A stretch of 64,000 bases of DNA from Eledone cirrhosa (GCA_964016885.1 OZ024749.1:36952001-37016000), one strand, 5' to 3'; counted from the stretch's first letter, positions 43,956 through 58,674 are shown. The notes: generated from the letters alone by a model not told the origin. A program made the numbers and translations.

Positions 43956-44587
43956 CGGCGAATGAATTAGTTTTGCGAGGTTTTTTATATGAAATTCGTG
44001 TGTCGAAACAGATATTGTTATACTTGGGGGAGGGTCATATTTGCGTAATATTGCCAGAATTAATAACAGAACACACTCACTGTTTGATTGGTTTTTTCGC
44101 TTCTCGCTGTCTTTTATTATATCTGCGATCTAACTTACTCGGTCCTCAATGTTGCCATTGACTGACCGGCGGTCAAAAATAATACAGATACAATATAGAC
44201 ACAAACACATATATATATATATAGTTTACATAATTTACATAAATCTTTCGTTGCACATCTGCAACATCGTCAGTGGGTGTTATATTCATTGTTCCTCCTG
44301 TTGTGTTGTATGTCTACGCCATTTTTTTTATTTTTTTTTTTTTTTATTCAGTCTGTGCAACGAAAGATTTATGTAAATTATGTAAACTATATATATATAT
44401 ATGTGTTTGTGTCTATATTGTATCTGTATTATTTTTGACCGCCGGTCAGTCAATGGCAACATTGAGGACCGAGTAAGTAGATCGCAGATATAATAAAAGA
44501 CAGCGAGAAGCGAAAACCAATCAAACAGTGAGTGTGTTCTGTTATTAATTCTGGCAATATTACGCAAATATGACCCTCCCCAAGTAT

Positions 44588-44595
<8 letters not shown>
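43951..44595 (-). mobile_element. Family E fold-back (~245-bp arms); hammerhead core at 44236-44278 (-)
   Basis: Arms 44012-44257 and 44354-44595; CTGACGA t gttgca-gatg-tgcaac GAA AGATTT A, helix I weak. Confidence 0.85.
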
Positions 44596-44640
<45 letters not shown>

Positions 44641-44647
<7 letters not shown>

Positions 44648-45229
44648 ATACTTTGGGAGGGTCATGTTGCCAATAAGAAACACACGCACCAGTTGCTTTC
44701 ACTTCAATTTAATTTATTAAATATTTATAAATTTACAAATTTATAAATTTCTGGTTGGTTTGGTTGGTTCCACAACCAGATAGTTGTTTATATATATATA
44801 GTCATAGTTCTTTCGTCACACACTCTGTGACCTCTTCAGTGACTGGGGATTTCGTTCTTCGTTTCTGTGTCTTTCCTTTCTTCTATCCTACGCCATTTTG
44901 TTTGTCAAACAAAATGGCGTAGGATAGAAGAAAGGAAAGACACAGAAAACGAAGAACGAAATCCCCAGTCACTGAAGAGGTCACAGAGTGTGTGACAAAA
45001 GAACTATGACTATATATTATATAAACAACTATCTGGTTGTGGAACCAACCAACCAACCAGAAATTTATAATTTGTAAATTTATTAAATATTTAATAAATT
45101 AAATTGAAGTGATAAGCAACTGGTGCGTGTGTTTCTTATTGGCAACATGACCCTCCCAAAGTATAACAATATCGGTTTCAAACACACGATTTCAGATAAA
45201 GAATCTTGCTAAACAAATTCAGAAACGAA

Positions 45230-45230
<1 letters not shown>
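44641..45230 (+). mobile_element. Family E-related fold-back (~265-bp arms, 1-nt loop) with tail
   Basis: Arms 44641-44904 and 44906-45172, tail to 45230; (TA)n on both sides. Confidence 0.9.
44800..44844 (-). ncRNA. Minimal type I hammerhead
   Basis: agtca CTGAAGA g gtcac-agagtgt-gtgac GAA AGAACT A tgact; the plus-arm copy 44967-45011 has G12->A. Confidence 0.75.
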
Positions 45231-45297
<67 letters not shown>

Positions 45298-45738
45298 AAA
45301 GTACCAGTGAATTATTGAAGTAGCTATATGAGCCAATACCAACCACACCAATATCTTACAATATATCTGTTAGTAACAATCCTTATTGCTCTCACACTAC
45401 ATTATCTCCCTTTCATCTTTCCTACACGTTTTTCCTTTCTAAACATTTCCATTCTTTTCTCACCTCCATTTTTGGTTTGTTTGTTTGTTTCTTTTTTTAC
45501 AGTTCTCTTTATAGCTTTTCCTTCCTGTCTTTTCCTGCCTTTCTCTTTGCTGTCTTTCTTTCATTCTTTCTTTCATTTTCTTTTTCTTTCTTTTCATTTT
45601 CTTTTTCTTCTTTCTTTCTTTCTTTCTTTCTTATTTTCTTCTTTCTTTGTCTTTCTCTCTTTTATTTCAATATTACATTAATTTATCAGTCAACCTAATT
45701 ACGCAAATTTCTATCCACCATCACTCTCTTTCGCACAT

Positions 45739-45836
<98 letters not shown>

Positions 45837-46648
45837 TCTACACATTACTCTCTCCTCCCTTTTCCCACTCTTCTCTCTATCTACCTTACCCTGTCCTCTC
45901 TATCTACCCCCACTCTCTCTCTCTTTCCCTCTCTCTATCTACAATACTCTCTCCTCCCTTTTCCCTCTCTTTATCTCTCTTTCTTTCTCCCCTCCCCCCA
46001 CCTTCTCCTTTAATTTCCTACAATCTCTCCACCTGCCTGCTTCAATATTCTTCACAATTGTACTTCTCCATTCAGATCAACTTCACCCCCACCACTCCCC
46101 CATCACCCCTTCCTCACCCTTCACCCTAACACTATCACCCCTCCTCTTCTTCCTCCTCCTCCTCCTCTCCATCTATCGTCCAATCATTCTCCCGCCATTC
46201 TCTTCACCCCCTCCCGCCCCGTTTATCAAGTGTCCTTGTCCATCAGCCAGAAATCAACTCATTAAAGTGACCCAGTCGAGGCTAAACACCTGAAATCACC
46301 GATCTCCCCCCCTACCTCCACCTCCCCTTCCACCTCCTTCTCCTCATCATCATCATCATCATCACCATCACCATCACCATCATCAACCCCCACCCCTTCC
46401 TCCACATCATCATCGTCATCATATCCCTTCTCCTCATCATCCCCTCCCCTTTTCTCCTCCTCCCCTACTCCCCTCCTCATCATCATCATCCCCATCACCC
46501 CTCCCCCTTTCCTCCTCCTCCTCCCTCCTCATCACCACCATCATCATCATCATCTCCTTCCGTTCCCCCCTCCACCCCCATGTTTCCCCCTTCCCCCCTC
46601 TTCAAGTACCCACCCAACACTAATTCATTATATTTTATTAACTACTGA

Positions 46649-46990
46649 GGGCGGTGGATTGGCAGTATCGGTAGAAGGGTCGGACGTCATGCTTTGACGC
46701 ATAGAGTTACGTCCCTTCTCCATTCTGGGTATCAAATCCCGCCGAGGTTAACTTTGCCTTTCATCCTTACGGGGTCGATAAAATAAAGTACCAGTAATGC
46801 ACTGAGGTATTTGCTGGCCTTGTGCCAAATGTAGAAACAATTATCTTACATTTTCTGTCCACTCTACCCTCAACAACACTACACACACTTCCATATTTTA
46901 TGGCCCCTTTGCATTCCGAGGTGGATAAATAAAGTACCAGTAATGCACTGGGGTAATTGCTGGCCTTGTGCCTAAATCAGAAGCTATTAT
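46649..46990 (+). mobile_element. Composite tRNA-SINE (monomer, spacer, second 3' part)
   Basis: Same arrangement at 59646-59940. Confidence 0.8.
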
Positions 46991-47036
46991 TAGAGACTTA
47001 TAATAGTTAAAAGAAGTGTCCCTCTCATTTTTTCAA

Positions 47037-47212
47037 TAATTGTTTCTACTTTAGGCAGAAGGCCAGCAAATACTCAGTGCATTACTGGTACTTTATTTTA
47101 TCGACCCCGTAAGGATGAAAGGCAAAGTTAACCTCGGCGGCATTTGAACTCAGAATGGCAAGGGCCTGTAACTCTATGCGTCAAATCATGGTGTCCGACC
47201 CTCTACCGATAC
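47037..47212 (-). mobile_element. tRNA-derived SINE
   Basis: Family core in reverse complement. Confidence 0.85.
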
Positions 47213-47475
47213 TCATCTTTTAAATAATATCACTTTGACGAATCAAAGAAAGGACAAAAAAGAAAAATAGACCGTAAAATATATTTTCCGTGCTATTTCC
47301 AACTTCAAAGCAAGCCGAATGGAACGGAAGTACAGACATAACTTCGGCCCCACTCACTCAATGGTCGACTAATTTCAAATTATTAAAATTCGAACTCAGC
47401 TGGTGTACACATTCGTTAATCAGTGAGGAAGACTACTTCGTGAGAGTAAAATGACGCACACGCACACGCACACGC

Positions 47476-47775
<300 letters not shown>

Positions 47776-48145
47776 ATATATATATATATATATACTGCCT
47801 TACTACCGGCCAGACAAACCACACTGCATGCTGGAGTTTGCTGTAAGGTTTTTCAACGACCCGGGGTTGTAGTTTCTTTGGAGTAATTAATAGATATCGG
47901 GTTACTGCTGTTTTATAGACACAGTGGCTCCTGTAAGGTAGCATGTCACTTGTTTATCGTCCTTTCTTCTGTTTCCACCAAGTGACGTGATGAAAAAGTC
48001 AAGCGATGCGACTTCATCACTCGAGGTGATAGAGTATCTGTGAGGAGTTATGAAGGTAATTCTGTGTACGTATGTATTTCATAGCCGAGAAAATGAAATC
48101 AAATAAACAAGGCTTTGAAGTGAAATCGATGTTATATATGCATGA

Positions 48146-48177
<32 letters not shown>

Positions 48178-48483
48178 GAGTGTGTGTAATATATATATAT
48201 TTATATTATATTTATCCTTATCGAGCCCTCTTTGGATTTTAGTCTTGAAATTTATTATTATATATATATATATGTGTAATATATGTATATATATATATAA
48301 AGGAACGATCGACTTTCGTCAAATCGGACCGAGGAAACAATGTTTCCGTTGGTCTTTCCAATTGCTAATACTATCTATCGGTCGCAACTCCAGGTAGAAG
48401 GAGCGACGTGAAATAAAGTGTGTTGCTCAAGGACATAACGCATCGCCTGGTCCAGGAATCGAACTCACAACCTTTCGATTGCG

Positions 48484-48594
<111 letters not shown>

Positions 48595-48716
48595 TGAGTA
48601 TTTCCGACGAAAAAGCAATGGGAAAAAAGAGTGCTCTATGCATAATACAGAGGTATTTAATTATCTGATGAGTGAACTAGATGTATATTTATATATACGA
48701 AAAACCAATATATTTG

Positions 48717-48751
<35 letters not shown>

Positions 48752-48755
48752 TATC

Positions 48756-48815
<60 letters not shown>

Positions 48816-48821
<6 letters not shown>

Positions 48822-49328
48822 AAAATATGTCCATAGAATCATTTGATAAAATATATATACACTATCTCCTCTCCCAATCAGCATAATCAACCACACAAAA
48901 AACCAATTAAACCAGGCTATAAGATTAAAAAGCACCTATGAAGAAATAATAGATAAATAAACGACCGTAATCTTGGTATGTTTATATACATTTTTTCTTC
49001 TAACTTTGATTTTATACATAAATGTATGGTTGACGATATATTTAATCGATTTCCACGTGCTATTGAAATGCTGGGTAAATATTCTATAGCTGTTGATCGC
49101 GAATAGATGGCTGTCGTTTATTTATCTATTATTTCTTCATGGGTGCCTTTTAATCTTATAGCCTGGTTTAATTGTTTTTTGTGTGGTTGATTATGCTGAT
49201 TGGGAGAGGAGATGGTGTATATATATTATCAAATGATTCTATGGACATACTTTATTGTATATTGCTCTGATTGTTGATTATTTAATTAATTAATTCGTCA
49301 TTGAGCCACATCGTGAATGGTTGCCAAA

Positions 49329-49330
<2 letters not shown>
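48816..49330. repeat. Fold-back with ~150-bp arms, ~148-nt spacer and tail, between (TA)n
   Basis: Arms ~48816-48965 and ~49113-49260; no HHR recognised. Confidence 0.8.
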
Positions 49331-49363
<33 letters not shown>

Positions 49364-49393
49364 CTTTGTCGAGTTTGTGTATATGTAAATCTT

Positions 49394-49445
<52 letters not shown>

Positions 49446-49674
49446 TATTGGTTTTTCGTACTACAGGACGAAGGGAGAATCGTTTCAGATGAGTACTCAA
49501 TACATTATACTATAGAATGTCTATTTATTTGTCCTCAATTATTTGACCAGTCGCTCGGGGTCAAAACGAGATGATATATATATATATATATATTTATATA
49601 TCGTCTTCCTGTTTTCCTTCGGTTGCAACGTTTTACGGAATATTTACTTCTGCGTTCACAGATTGATTTTTTTT

Positions 49675-49725
49675 AGTTTCAGAAGATCTCATTAAAGGAG
49701 AAAGCAGCGATTCTTTGCTTAAACT
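49675..49725 (+). ncRNA. Hammerhead with U4A core variant (family G)
   Basis: agttt CAGAAGA tct-cattaaa-gga GAA AGCAG-cgattct-TTGCT T aaact. Confidence 0.55.
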
Positions 49726-49824
49726 TAATCTGTTATTTTAATAAATGTTTGCTCTATGGTTCTTATATATTTGATATATATTTATCCTTATCGAGCCCTC
49801 TTTGGATTTTAGTTTTCACATTTA

Positions 49825-49958
<134 letters not shown>

Positions 49959-50257
49959 TTCATGCTTTATTTTTCTCTCTTCTTTTCTCTCGCTAACTCC
50001 CCCCTCTCTCTCCTTTCCCCATACTCTCCTAATGATGGCTTTATGCCCTAAACGTCGCAACCACACCCCCCACTCTCACTAATCGTGAAAGTAATTCTAT
50101 TTGTCACATTTACTCCTGCGTTTGCCTATATTTTGTATTCCGAACTATATATATATATATATATATGTATGTAAAAGGTAAACAGAAATAACAACACAAT
50201 CGGTACAGTATATGGAAGGGATATATTAGGTTAACGCTTGATATAGCAGGAAGACGG

Positions 50258-50293
50258 TCTTAACGTTTCGGACGGTAGTCCTTCATCAGAAGA
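50258..50293 (-). ncRNA. 36-nt minimal hammerhead
   Basis: tctt CTGATGA a ggac-tacc-gtcc GAA ACGT T aaga. Confidence 0.7.
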
Positions 50294-50353
50294 AAGAATG
50301 AGAAATAAAATAGATTTAGGGGACGGGAGGGATGAAATTGTAAAAAATATCTT

Positions 50354-50392
<39 letters not shown>

Positions 50393-50641
50393 GCAGAGAT
50401 TGTATTTAATTTGTTGGGATTCAACAAGCTTAAAAAATGTTATAACTGATATAAAGCACTCAACAAGTTAGTGGAGTAGTAAAATACACAATATATTAAT
50501 AAATGGAAACTTTTTATTTATAAACCAAATCTGTATTTTATCTGATGAAAGCGCACCATAATTTACCTTGGTTGCCCTTGAAATATGTATAATAAAATAA
50601 ATATGGTTTTATAAATATAGTTTCCATTTATTAATATATTG

Positions 50642-50642
<1 letters not shown>
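50393..50642. mobile_element. Family F fold-back element
   Basis: Arms ~50488-50528 and ~50603-50642 enclose the hammerhead; tail on the left; (TA)n flanks. Confidence 0.8.
50534..50599 (+). ncRNA. Type I hammerhead (family F)
   Basis: tattttat CTGATGA aagcgcacca-loop-tggttgccctt GAA ATATGTAT A ataaaata. Confidence 0.8.
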
Positions 50643-50713
<71 letters not shown>

Positions 50714-51126
50714 CGATGGTGTGTATATGTGTGTGTAAGTGTATGTCTGTAATCTTTCAACATATACGTGATTTTTCTTTGTAACTTTCTGTATGTCCAG
50801 GAAGAGGGGGTGGTTTATGTTGTGTAAGGATGTTCGTGCATGTTTGTGTACGTGTGTGTGTGAACGATGTGCTTTTGTTTATTGTACACGATACCATGTT
50901 TGCGTACGTCTGTAGTTGTACTCGAGTGTTTGTGCTAATGTGGTTGTGTGCATGTCTGCTTGCGTGCATATGTGTTTGTGTGCATGCGTATTTGTGTACG
51001 TGTGTTTTTACATGCATGTGCGTTAGCGTGTATGTGTGTATAAGTATGGAGGTTTGTGCCCACGTCTATGTATGTGTATAGGTGTGTGTGTATGTGAGTG
51101 TGTGTGTGTGCGTGTGTGTGTGTGTG

Positions 51127-51163
<37 letters not shown>

Positions 51164-52044
51164 TGTGTACGTAACTATGTATATGCACGTGCAGCTAAGG
51201 TACATGTACTTCATATGCATTCGACAGCCGTGTGCCTCTGCACGTGCGTATGTTTTGCCCTTTTGCCTGTGTAACTCACACTGTGTGCGCGCATGCGTAT
51301 GTATGTGTAAATGTGTGAAGAGAGAGGGAGAGAAGGGGTGAGTGAAGACAGAAAGAGGGAGAAAACAGAGTGATTGTACATATGTGCGTGTATATAGTTG
51401 AGTATATTGGTGTGCAAACATGTGTGTATATATGTGTATGTGTGGCTTGTGTGTACGCATGCATGTTTGTTTGTGCATATATATCCATGGCTATATAATG
51501 TGTATCTGTCTTTGCGTACATGTGTGTGAGTGTGTATGTGTGTTTGTGTCTATGTATGCACACATCTAAATGTTTGTGTTAGCCTGTATGTTCCAGGAAT
51601 CTATGAGTCCGAGAACGACTTTATGTTTGTTATATATATACACACAAACGTATATATATATATGCACACACAATACACAACATACACATACATACATATG
51701 TACATACATAAACAGACACACATACATACATGTACACATATGTATACATACAAGTAAGACCAATTGTTAATTATATCGTCCTTTGATTGCTGAGATTTAC
51801 ACAGGGCTGAAACTCCGAGACAAAAGGCAAACAGATATAGCAAACGGCTCAGTACAACCAAGAAGTATATTAGTTTAAAGCATGGTATAGTAGGAAAAGA
51901 ATATTAACACATTTTGACACTAGTGCCTGATCAGAAAATAGAATGTGAAATAAAAGATGAAATAGTTAGATAGAGAGTGAGAAGAGGAGAAGAACGGAAA
52001 AAATTGTGTGTGTAATCAGCCAGCAATTTTGGAGAATATATATA

Positions 52045-52175
52045 TATTTAATATAGAAATGGCTTCTACAGGACTAGAACTGTTTCATTTGGAGGAAATC
52101 ATCACATTTATACTCTGCTATGTATTGAGTCCCTTACTTACAGTGGTTACAACCTCGATTGAACCCGGGATAAAT
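52045..52175. mobile_element. Family B element: inverted HHR segment truncated in the core plus direct tail
   Basis: Minus 52045-52104 (ends in TGATGA), plus tail 52105-52175. Confidence 0.75.
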
Positions 52176-52176
52176 T

Positions 52177-52235
<59 letters not shown>

Positions 52236-52496
52236 CTATGTGTGTATATATTTATATATATATATATATTTATATTATTTTGATTCATGTAAATTCTTGT
52301 ACATTATAAATATACGACACATACACCAAAACTGACACACACACATAAACAGTTTTATACATACATACATCTCTACATCTGTATTAATATACTGGAGTGT
52401 TCGGCAGTGTTTATATATATATGCACGTGCACGTGTTTATTTGTAGGTTTACGTTGTGTATACACATGTAGAGAGCAGGAGGCGTTGTATAATCGC

Positions 52497-52609
<113 letters not shown>

Positions 52610-52663
52610 CATTATGTTCATATATATATATATGTATGTATGTGCATATAAATATATATGTGC

Positions 52664-52694
<31 letters not shown>

Positions 52695-52859
52695 TACATA
52701 TATTAATCTTTGCGTATGTTCGTATGTGTGTGTATGTGTGTGTGTGTGTGTGTGTGTGTAATGCGTTTGTGCATGTGTTTAACCCTCTTACTCTAGGAGG
52801 AGGGTGTGCCTATTTTACTGTGTATGTGTGTGTAGTATATATATAAATATATACTACAC

Positions 52860-52907
<48 letters not shown>

Positions 52908-53440
52908 ACGTGTGCGTGTGCGTGTGTGTGTATGTGTTTGTGGAGAGGTAGGGGTGGCGCTTGTTCAGTGTAGGATCCCACTAATAACAGTTATTAGTAG
53001 GGAACATTTGACGGTAATTGTGTTTATAGAAAGAGAGATGGGAGGTGAAGGCTGTGTTTAATGAAAAGGGTCTGTGTGTGTGTGTGTGTGTGAGGGAGAG
53101 AGTGGGGGTGGGAGTGGGGGTGGAAGGAGAAGGGAGGACAAAGGTGTTTGAAACGACAATGGTGCTCGTAGTGCTGTTTTGTTGTTGTTGATGATGATGA
53201 TGAAGACGATGATGATAATGGTGATAACAGCAAAAACAATAACAATAACAATAATAATGATGATAATTGTAATGAAGATAATGATATTGATAATCATAAT
53301 AATACTATTAATAAGAATCAGTGTAATTAGGTGTTAAGATTGACCCCAAGGTCAGCAACGTTAAATGTTAAATTACTATAATACGATATAATACAAGTTT
53401 GAACACTTAAAGACATCTGAAATAGACAAAATGGCGTCAG

Positions 53441-53605
53441 AATGGCTTTGTAGTTAAGAAGTTCGCTTTGCAGCCTTGTCGTTCCTCGTGGCTATGGGTT
53501 CGACCTCACTGCGTGTTACCTTGAGCAAGAATATCAACTACAGGTCATGGTTTGCCTAATGTCTTGTAAGTGTAGTTTGGTAGATAGAAACTGCAGAATC
53601 CCACC
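53441..53605 (+). mobile_element. Diverged tRNA-SINE, fourth family
   Basis: tggctttgtagttaagaagttcgc and gggttcgacc boxes; relatives at 29482-29630 and 59140-59270. Confidence 0.55.
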
Positions 53606-53649
53606 ATATATATATACATATATAAACTATGTATGTGTGTACACAAACC

Positions 53650-53887
<238 letters not shown>

Positions 53888-54016
53888 AATATATATATAA
53901 ATATATATAGATATATATACGCATAAATATATATCTAGTACAAACGAACGAGTGAGCAATTTTCTTTGATTGATTGTTGCGAAAAAGACAACACATAGAC
54001 ACACACACACGCACAC

Positions 54017-54099
<83 letters not shown>

Positions 54100-54120
54100 C
54101 ACACACACAGAGCGAGCGAG

Positions 54121-54152
<32 letters not shown>

Positions 54153-54575
54153 TTTATATATTTTCCGAACTTCTTTGTAAAAGCTTGGTTCCATCAGTTT
54201 TGTACGATTCACTTCACCCGAGCCTCGCATGGAAGCGACACGTTGGATTTACGGTCTGTACAGATAATAGGGGAAACTATACTGATGATGGCGGCGTCTT
54301 ATTTTAGGGAGAGTTCCGTCCCTAATTGACTTTCACAGCAAACTACCGCCAAACAAATAGATTAATTATAGAGAAGTGAAAACGGCTTTCTAATTAAAGC
54401 GTTAAAAAAGATGGCTGCCTTGTCAGTGCAGACGTCATCATACTTCCGGTAAAGAAAGAGAGAGAGAGAGAGAGAGAGAGTACTGCGTGAAAGACGAAAG
54501 AGCAAAAGAGCGAACAAACAGGAGAAAGTGAATTTAATGTAATAAGTTAATAGATAGATAGATAGATAGATGAAT

Positions 54576-54633
<58 letters not shown>

Positions 54634-54736
54634 TGAGAGAGAGTGAGAGTGAGAGTGAGATAAAGGGAGAGAAAGGGAGAGGGAGTTAGATTGAGAGAGT
54701 GAGTGAGAGATGAATGAATAGATAGATGAATGGATA

Positions 54737-54772
<36 letters not shown>

Positions 54773-54869
54773 GAGAGAGAGAGAGTGAGTGAGAGATGGA
54801 TGAATAGATAGATAGATAGTTGAATAGAGGGAGATAGATAGATATAGGAAGAGGGAAAGGTGTGTAAGC

Positions 54870-55894
54870 TTACGGTAGTGGTGGTAGTGGTAGTGGTGGT
54901 AGTGGTAGTAGTAGTAGTGATAGTTGTAGTGGTGGTGGTAATGATGGCAGTGACAGTATAAATTATGTACCTATAAGATGTGACGAAACTTTACATTCCA
55001 CATGAAGGAATAACGGTAGTGGTGATGGCGTGGGTGGGGGTGGTGGTAGGTGGTGGGGTGGGGGGTAGTGGTTGGGTGAGGATGGTGGAGGTGGTTGGGT
55101 GGGGGTGGTGATAGTGGTGTTAGTGGTGATGGTGGTGGTGGTGATGGTAGTGGTGGTGATGATGTTGGTTGGGTGAGGGTGGTAGTGATGGTGGTGGTGG
55201 TGGTTGGGTGAGGGTGGTGCTGGCAGTGTTAGTGGAGGTGGTGGTAGTGGTAGTGGTGGGGTGAGGGTAGTGGTGACGGTAGTGGTAGTGTTTGGGTGAG
55301 GGTGGTGATAGTGGTGTTAGTGGTGACAGTGGTGGTGGGGTGAGGGTGGTAGTGGAGGTGGTAGTGGTTGGGTGAAGGTTGTGATTGTGGTGTTAGTGGT
55401 GATGATGGTTGTGGTGATGGTCGTGGTGGCGGTGATGGTAGTGTTGGTGGCGGTAATGGTAGTGCTAGTGTTTTTGGTGAGGGTGGTGATGGTGGTGTTA
55501 GTGGTGATGATGGTGGTGGGGTGAGGGTGGTGATGGTGGTGTTAGTAGTGATGATGGTGGTGGTGTTGGTGGTGGTGATGGTAGTTGTGTTAGTGATGAT
55601 GATGGTGAGCGTAGTGAGGGTGGTGGGGGTGGAGGGGGGGATAGTGGTGATGGTAGTGGTAATGTTTGGGGGGGGGTGCTGATGGTGGTGTTAGTGGTGA
55701 TGGTGGTGGTGGTTGTGGTGGGGTGATGGTGATAGTGATGGTGGGGGTAGTGGTTATGTTAGTGATGATGATGGAGAGGGTAGTGAGGGTGGTGGGTGTG
55801 ATGGTAGGAGGAAGGCGAGAGTAGAAGGATGAGGAAATGAACTCCCTCTTAACTATTGTCTTCCTGTTTGTCGGCAACTTCACCATTAACCATC

Positions 55895-55928
<34 letters not shown>

Positions 55929-55959
55929 TCACCATCAGCAGCAGCAGCAGTAGCAGCAC

Positions 55960-55994
<35 letters not shown>

Positions 55995-57260
55995 GCAACA
56001 GCAGCAGAAGCAGCAGCAGCAGCAGCAGCACCATAATCATAATGGACGACGATGACGACGACGATGGCCACCACCATCACCACCACCATCACCACCATCA
56101 CCGCTACCATCATCATCATCATCACCACCACCATCACCACCACCATCACCACTACCACCACCACCATCATCACCACCACCATCACCACCACCATCACCAC
56201 CACCATCACCACTACCACCACCACCATCATCACCACCACCATCACTACCACCATCACCACCACCATCACCACCACTATCACCATCACCACCATCACCACC
56301 ACCATCACCATCACCATCACCACCATCACCACCACCACCACCATCACCACCACCATCACCACCACAACCACCGTCACCACCACCATCACCACCACCACGA
56401 TCACCACGATCACCACCATCACCGCCGCCATCACCGCCACCATCATCATCATCATCATCATCACCACCACCATCATCATCATCATCATCATCGTAATTAT
56501 AATTACCAGCATCGTTACCATCACGATCAGAATGTTGATGATGACTAAAGTGATAATCATCCTTTTTACCACCACTAATATCATGATCATCATCGCCCTC
56601 TTCAGCATCATCATCGTCACCATCTTCCACCTCATCACGGCCAACATAGTCATCACCATCATCATCGTCACCATCAACACCACCACCACCACCACTATCA
56701 TCATCACCATCATCATCTTCCCTTCCACTACATCATCACCACCATCACCACCACTATCATCATCACCACCATCATCACCACCACCACTATCATCACCACC
56801 ACTATCATCATCACCACCATCATCACCACCACCACTATCATCACCACCACTATCATCATCACCACCATCATCACCACCACCACTATCATCACCACCACTA
56901 TCATCATCACCACCATCATCACCACCACCACTATCATCACCACCACTATCATCATCACCATCATCATCTTCCCTTCCACCTCATCATCACCATCACCACC
57001 ACCACCATCACCACCACCACCACCACCACCACCACCACCACCACCACCACCACCACCACCACCACCACCACCACCATCATCACCACCATCACCATCATCA
57101 CCACCATCACCACCACCACCACCACCACCACCACCACCACCACCACCACCACCACCACCACCACCACCATCACCACCACCACCATCACCATCACCACCAC
57201 CACCACAACCACCACCACCACCACCACCACTATCATCATCATCGTCATCATCGCCACCAC
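54870..57260. repeat. GGT-rich array followed by complementary CCA/TCA array
   Basis: G-rich 54870-55810, C-rich 55890-57260; source of the poly-His/Thr ORFs. Confidence 0.95.
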
Positions 57261-57616
57261 CTTATTTTCATGACTGATGTTGTCATAGTTGTTGTTATTG
57301 TATCCTACAACTATTGTTGTTGTTAAACTAATATACAGCCCCCCTCCCGCCCACCCACCCCAACCTTTGTTTTATGAACTGCCTATGGCGATGGGTTCTT
57401 TTTTTGTTTTAAATATTTTTGTTGTTAATTAACTTAGTGAATGTGGGTGTGGTAATGATGGAACAGCAAGAAGGAAACTTCCGGTGTACAGAGATGGAGA
57501 CCGGGGTTCAATACCCGGTTTGTACCCATTCATTTCAATTAAGTTGTTTAATGCCTTTAGGAGAGTCAACAGACACGCCACCTTCCATTTCCCCGTCCAC
57601 CCTTATTACCTGAATA

Positions 57617-57675
<59 letters not shown>

Positions 57676-57841
57676 CTGTATATATATATATATAACTGTG
57701 TATATGTATACACACATATATACATATATATTTATATATAACTGTGTATATGTATACACACATATATATATAAATATAAATATATATATATATAAATATA
57801 TATATATAAATATATATATATTTATTAAAATAACAGATAAA

Positions 57842-57892
57842 AGTTTAAGCAAAGAATCGCTGCTTTCACCCTTAACGGGATCTTCTGAAACT
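57842..57892 (-). ncRNA. Hammerhead with U4A core variant (family G)
   Basis: agttt CAGAAGA t ccc-gttaa-ggg t GAA AGCAG-cgattct-TTGCT T aaact, within element ~57820-57987. Confidence 0.6.
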
Positions 57893-58357
57893 AACAAAGT
57901 CAATCTGTAAACGCAGAAGTGGATATTTAAAAAAAACGTTGCAACCGGAGGAAGAGAGGAAGACGATACTTTGGTTCGTGGAAACTTTATATATATATAT
58001 ATATACGGGGTAACAAATAATAGTTAAATGCAGTCCACTTAGGTATAGTCGAGTTATGGTATTCCAGGTAGTGGATGATATCAACGCTTGGCTTGGTTTG
58101 ACTCAACAAGGCGTTTTCATAGTGATGCTGCGGGTATGCTGTAATTCCTATATATATATATATAGTAGAATAATCGAGTATCGAAAAATCGGCGCACGAG
58201 TTCACGATAAACAAAATTCGATATGAGCGGCAGAGGGCTCAATAATTCAGATAAATCAGAGCTATAACTATCGTTAAAATACCGTCACACATAGAACAAG
58301 TCTATAATCAACCGTACGACCGAAAGATTACATATATACAAATATATATATATAAAT

Positions 58358-58458
<101 letters not shown>

Positions 58459-58568
58459 AAAGATTTATTTAAAATTGTTGGGTTACAACGAGTAAATATT
58501 TTATAACTGATATAAAGCACTCAACAAGTTTTGGAGTAGATATACGATATTAAACAAATTATATATTG

Positions 58569-58634
58569 TATTTTATCTGAAGAAAGCATACCATATTTTT
58601 AATATGGTATCCCTGAAATATGTATAATGAAATA
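58569..58634 (+). ncRNA. Type I hammerhead (family F) in element 58456-58680
   Basis: tattttat CTGAAGA aagc ataccatatt-tt-aatatggtat ccct GAA ATATGTAT A atgaaata. Confidence 0.7.
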
Positions 58635-58674
58635 AATATGGTTTTATAAATATAGTTTCCATTTGTTTAATATC

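Noticed and set aside
47985-48022. gtgatgaa...ttcatcac hairpin as SECIS or C/D snoRNA
   Set aside because: Lacks the SECIS GA quartet geometry and a D box at a suitable position.
48661-48715. CTGATGA...GAAA hammerhead candidate
   Set aside because: Helix I and helix III cannot be paired convincingly; at best a decayed copy.
50025-50062. CTAATGA tggc..gcc TAAACGTC hammerhead-like string
   Set aside because: Two core substitutions and no helix I.
51750-51861. Signal-peptide-like ORF start (VVLSRLLYLFAFCLGVSA)
   Set aside because: Starts at TTG with no in-frame ATG and runs into a microsatellite.
55856-57326. Long poly-His/Thr/Ser-Pro ORFs (up to 424 aa) resembling His-rich or extensin proteins
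   Set aside because: Triplet arrays open in several frames on both strands, with no splice or codon evidence.
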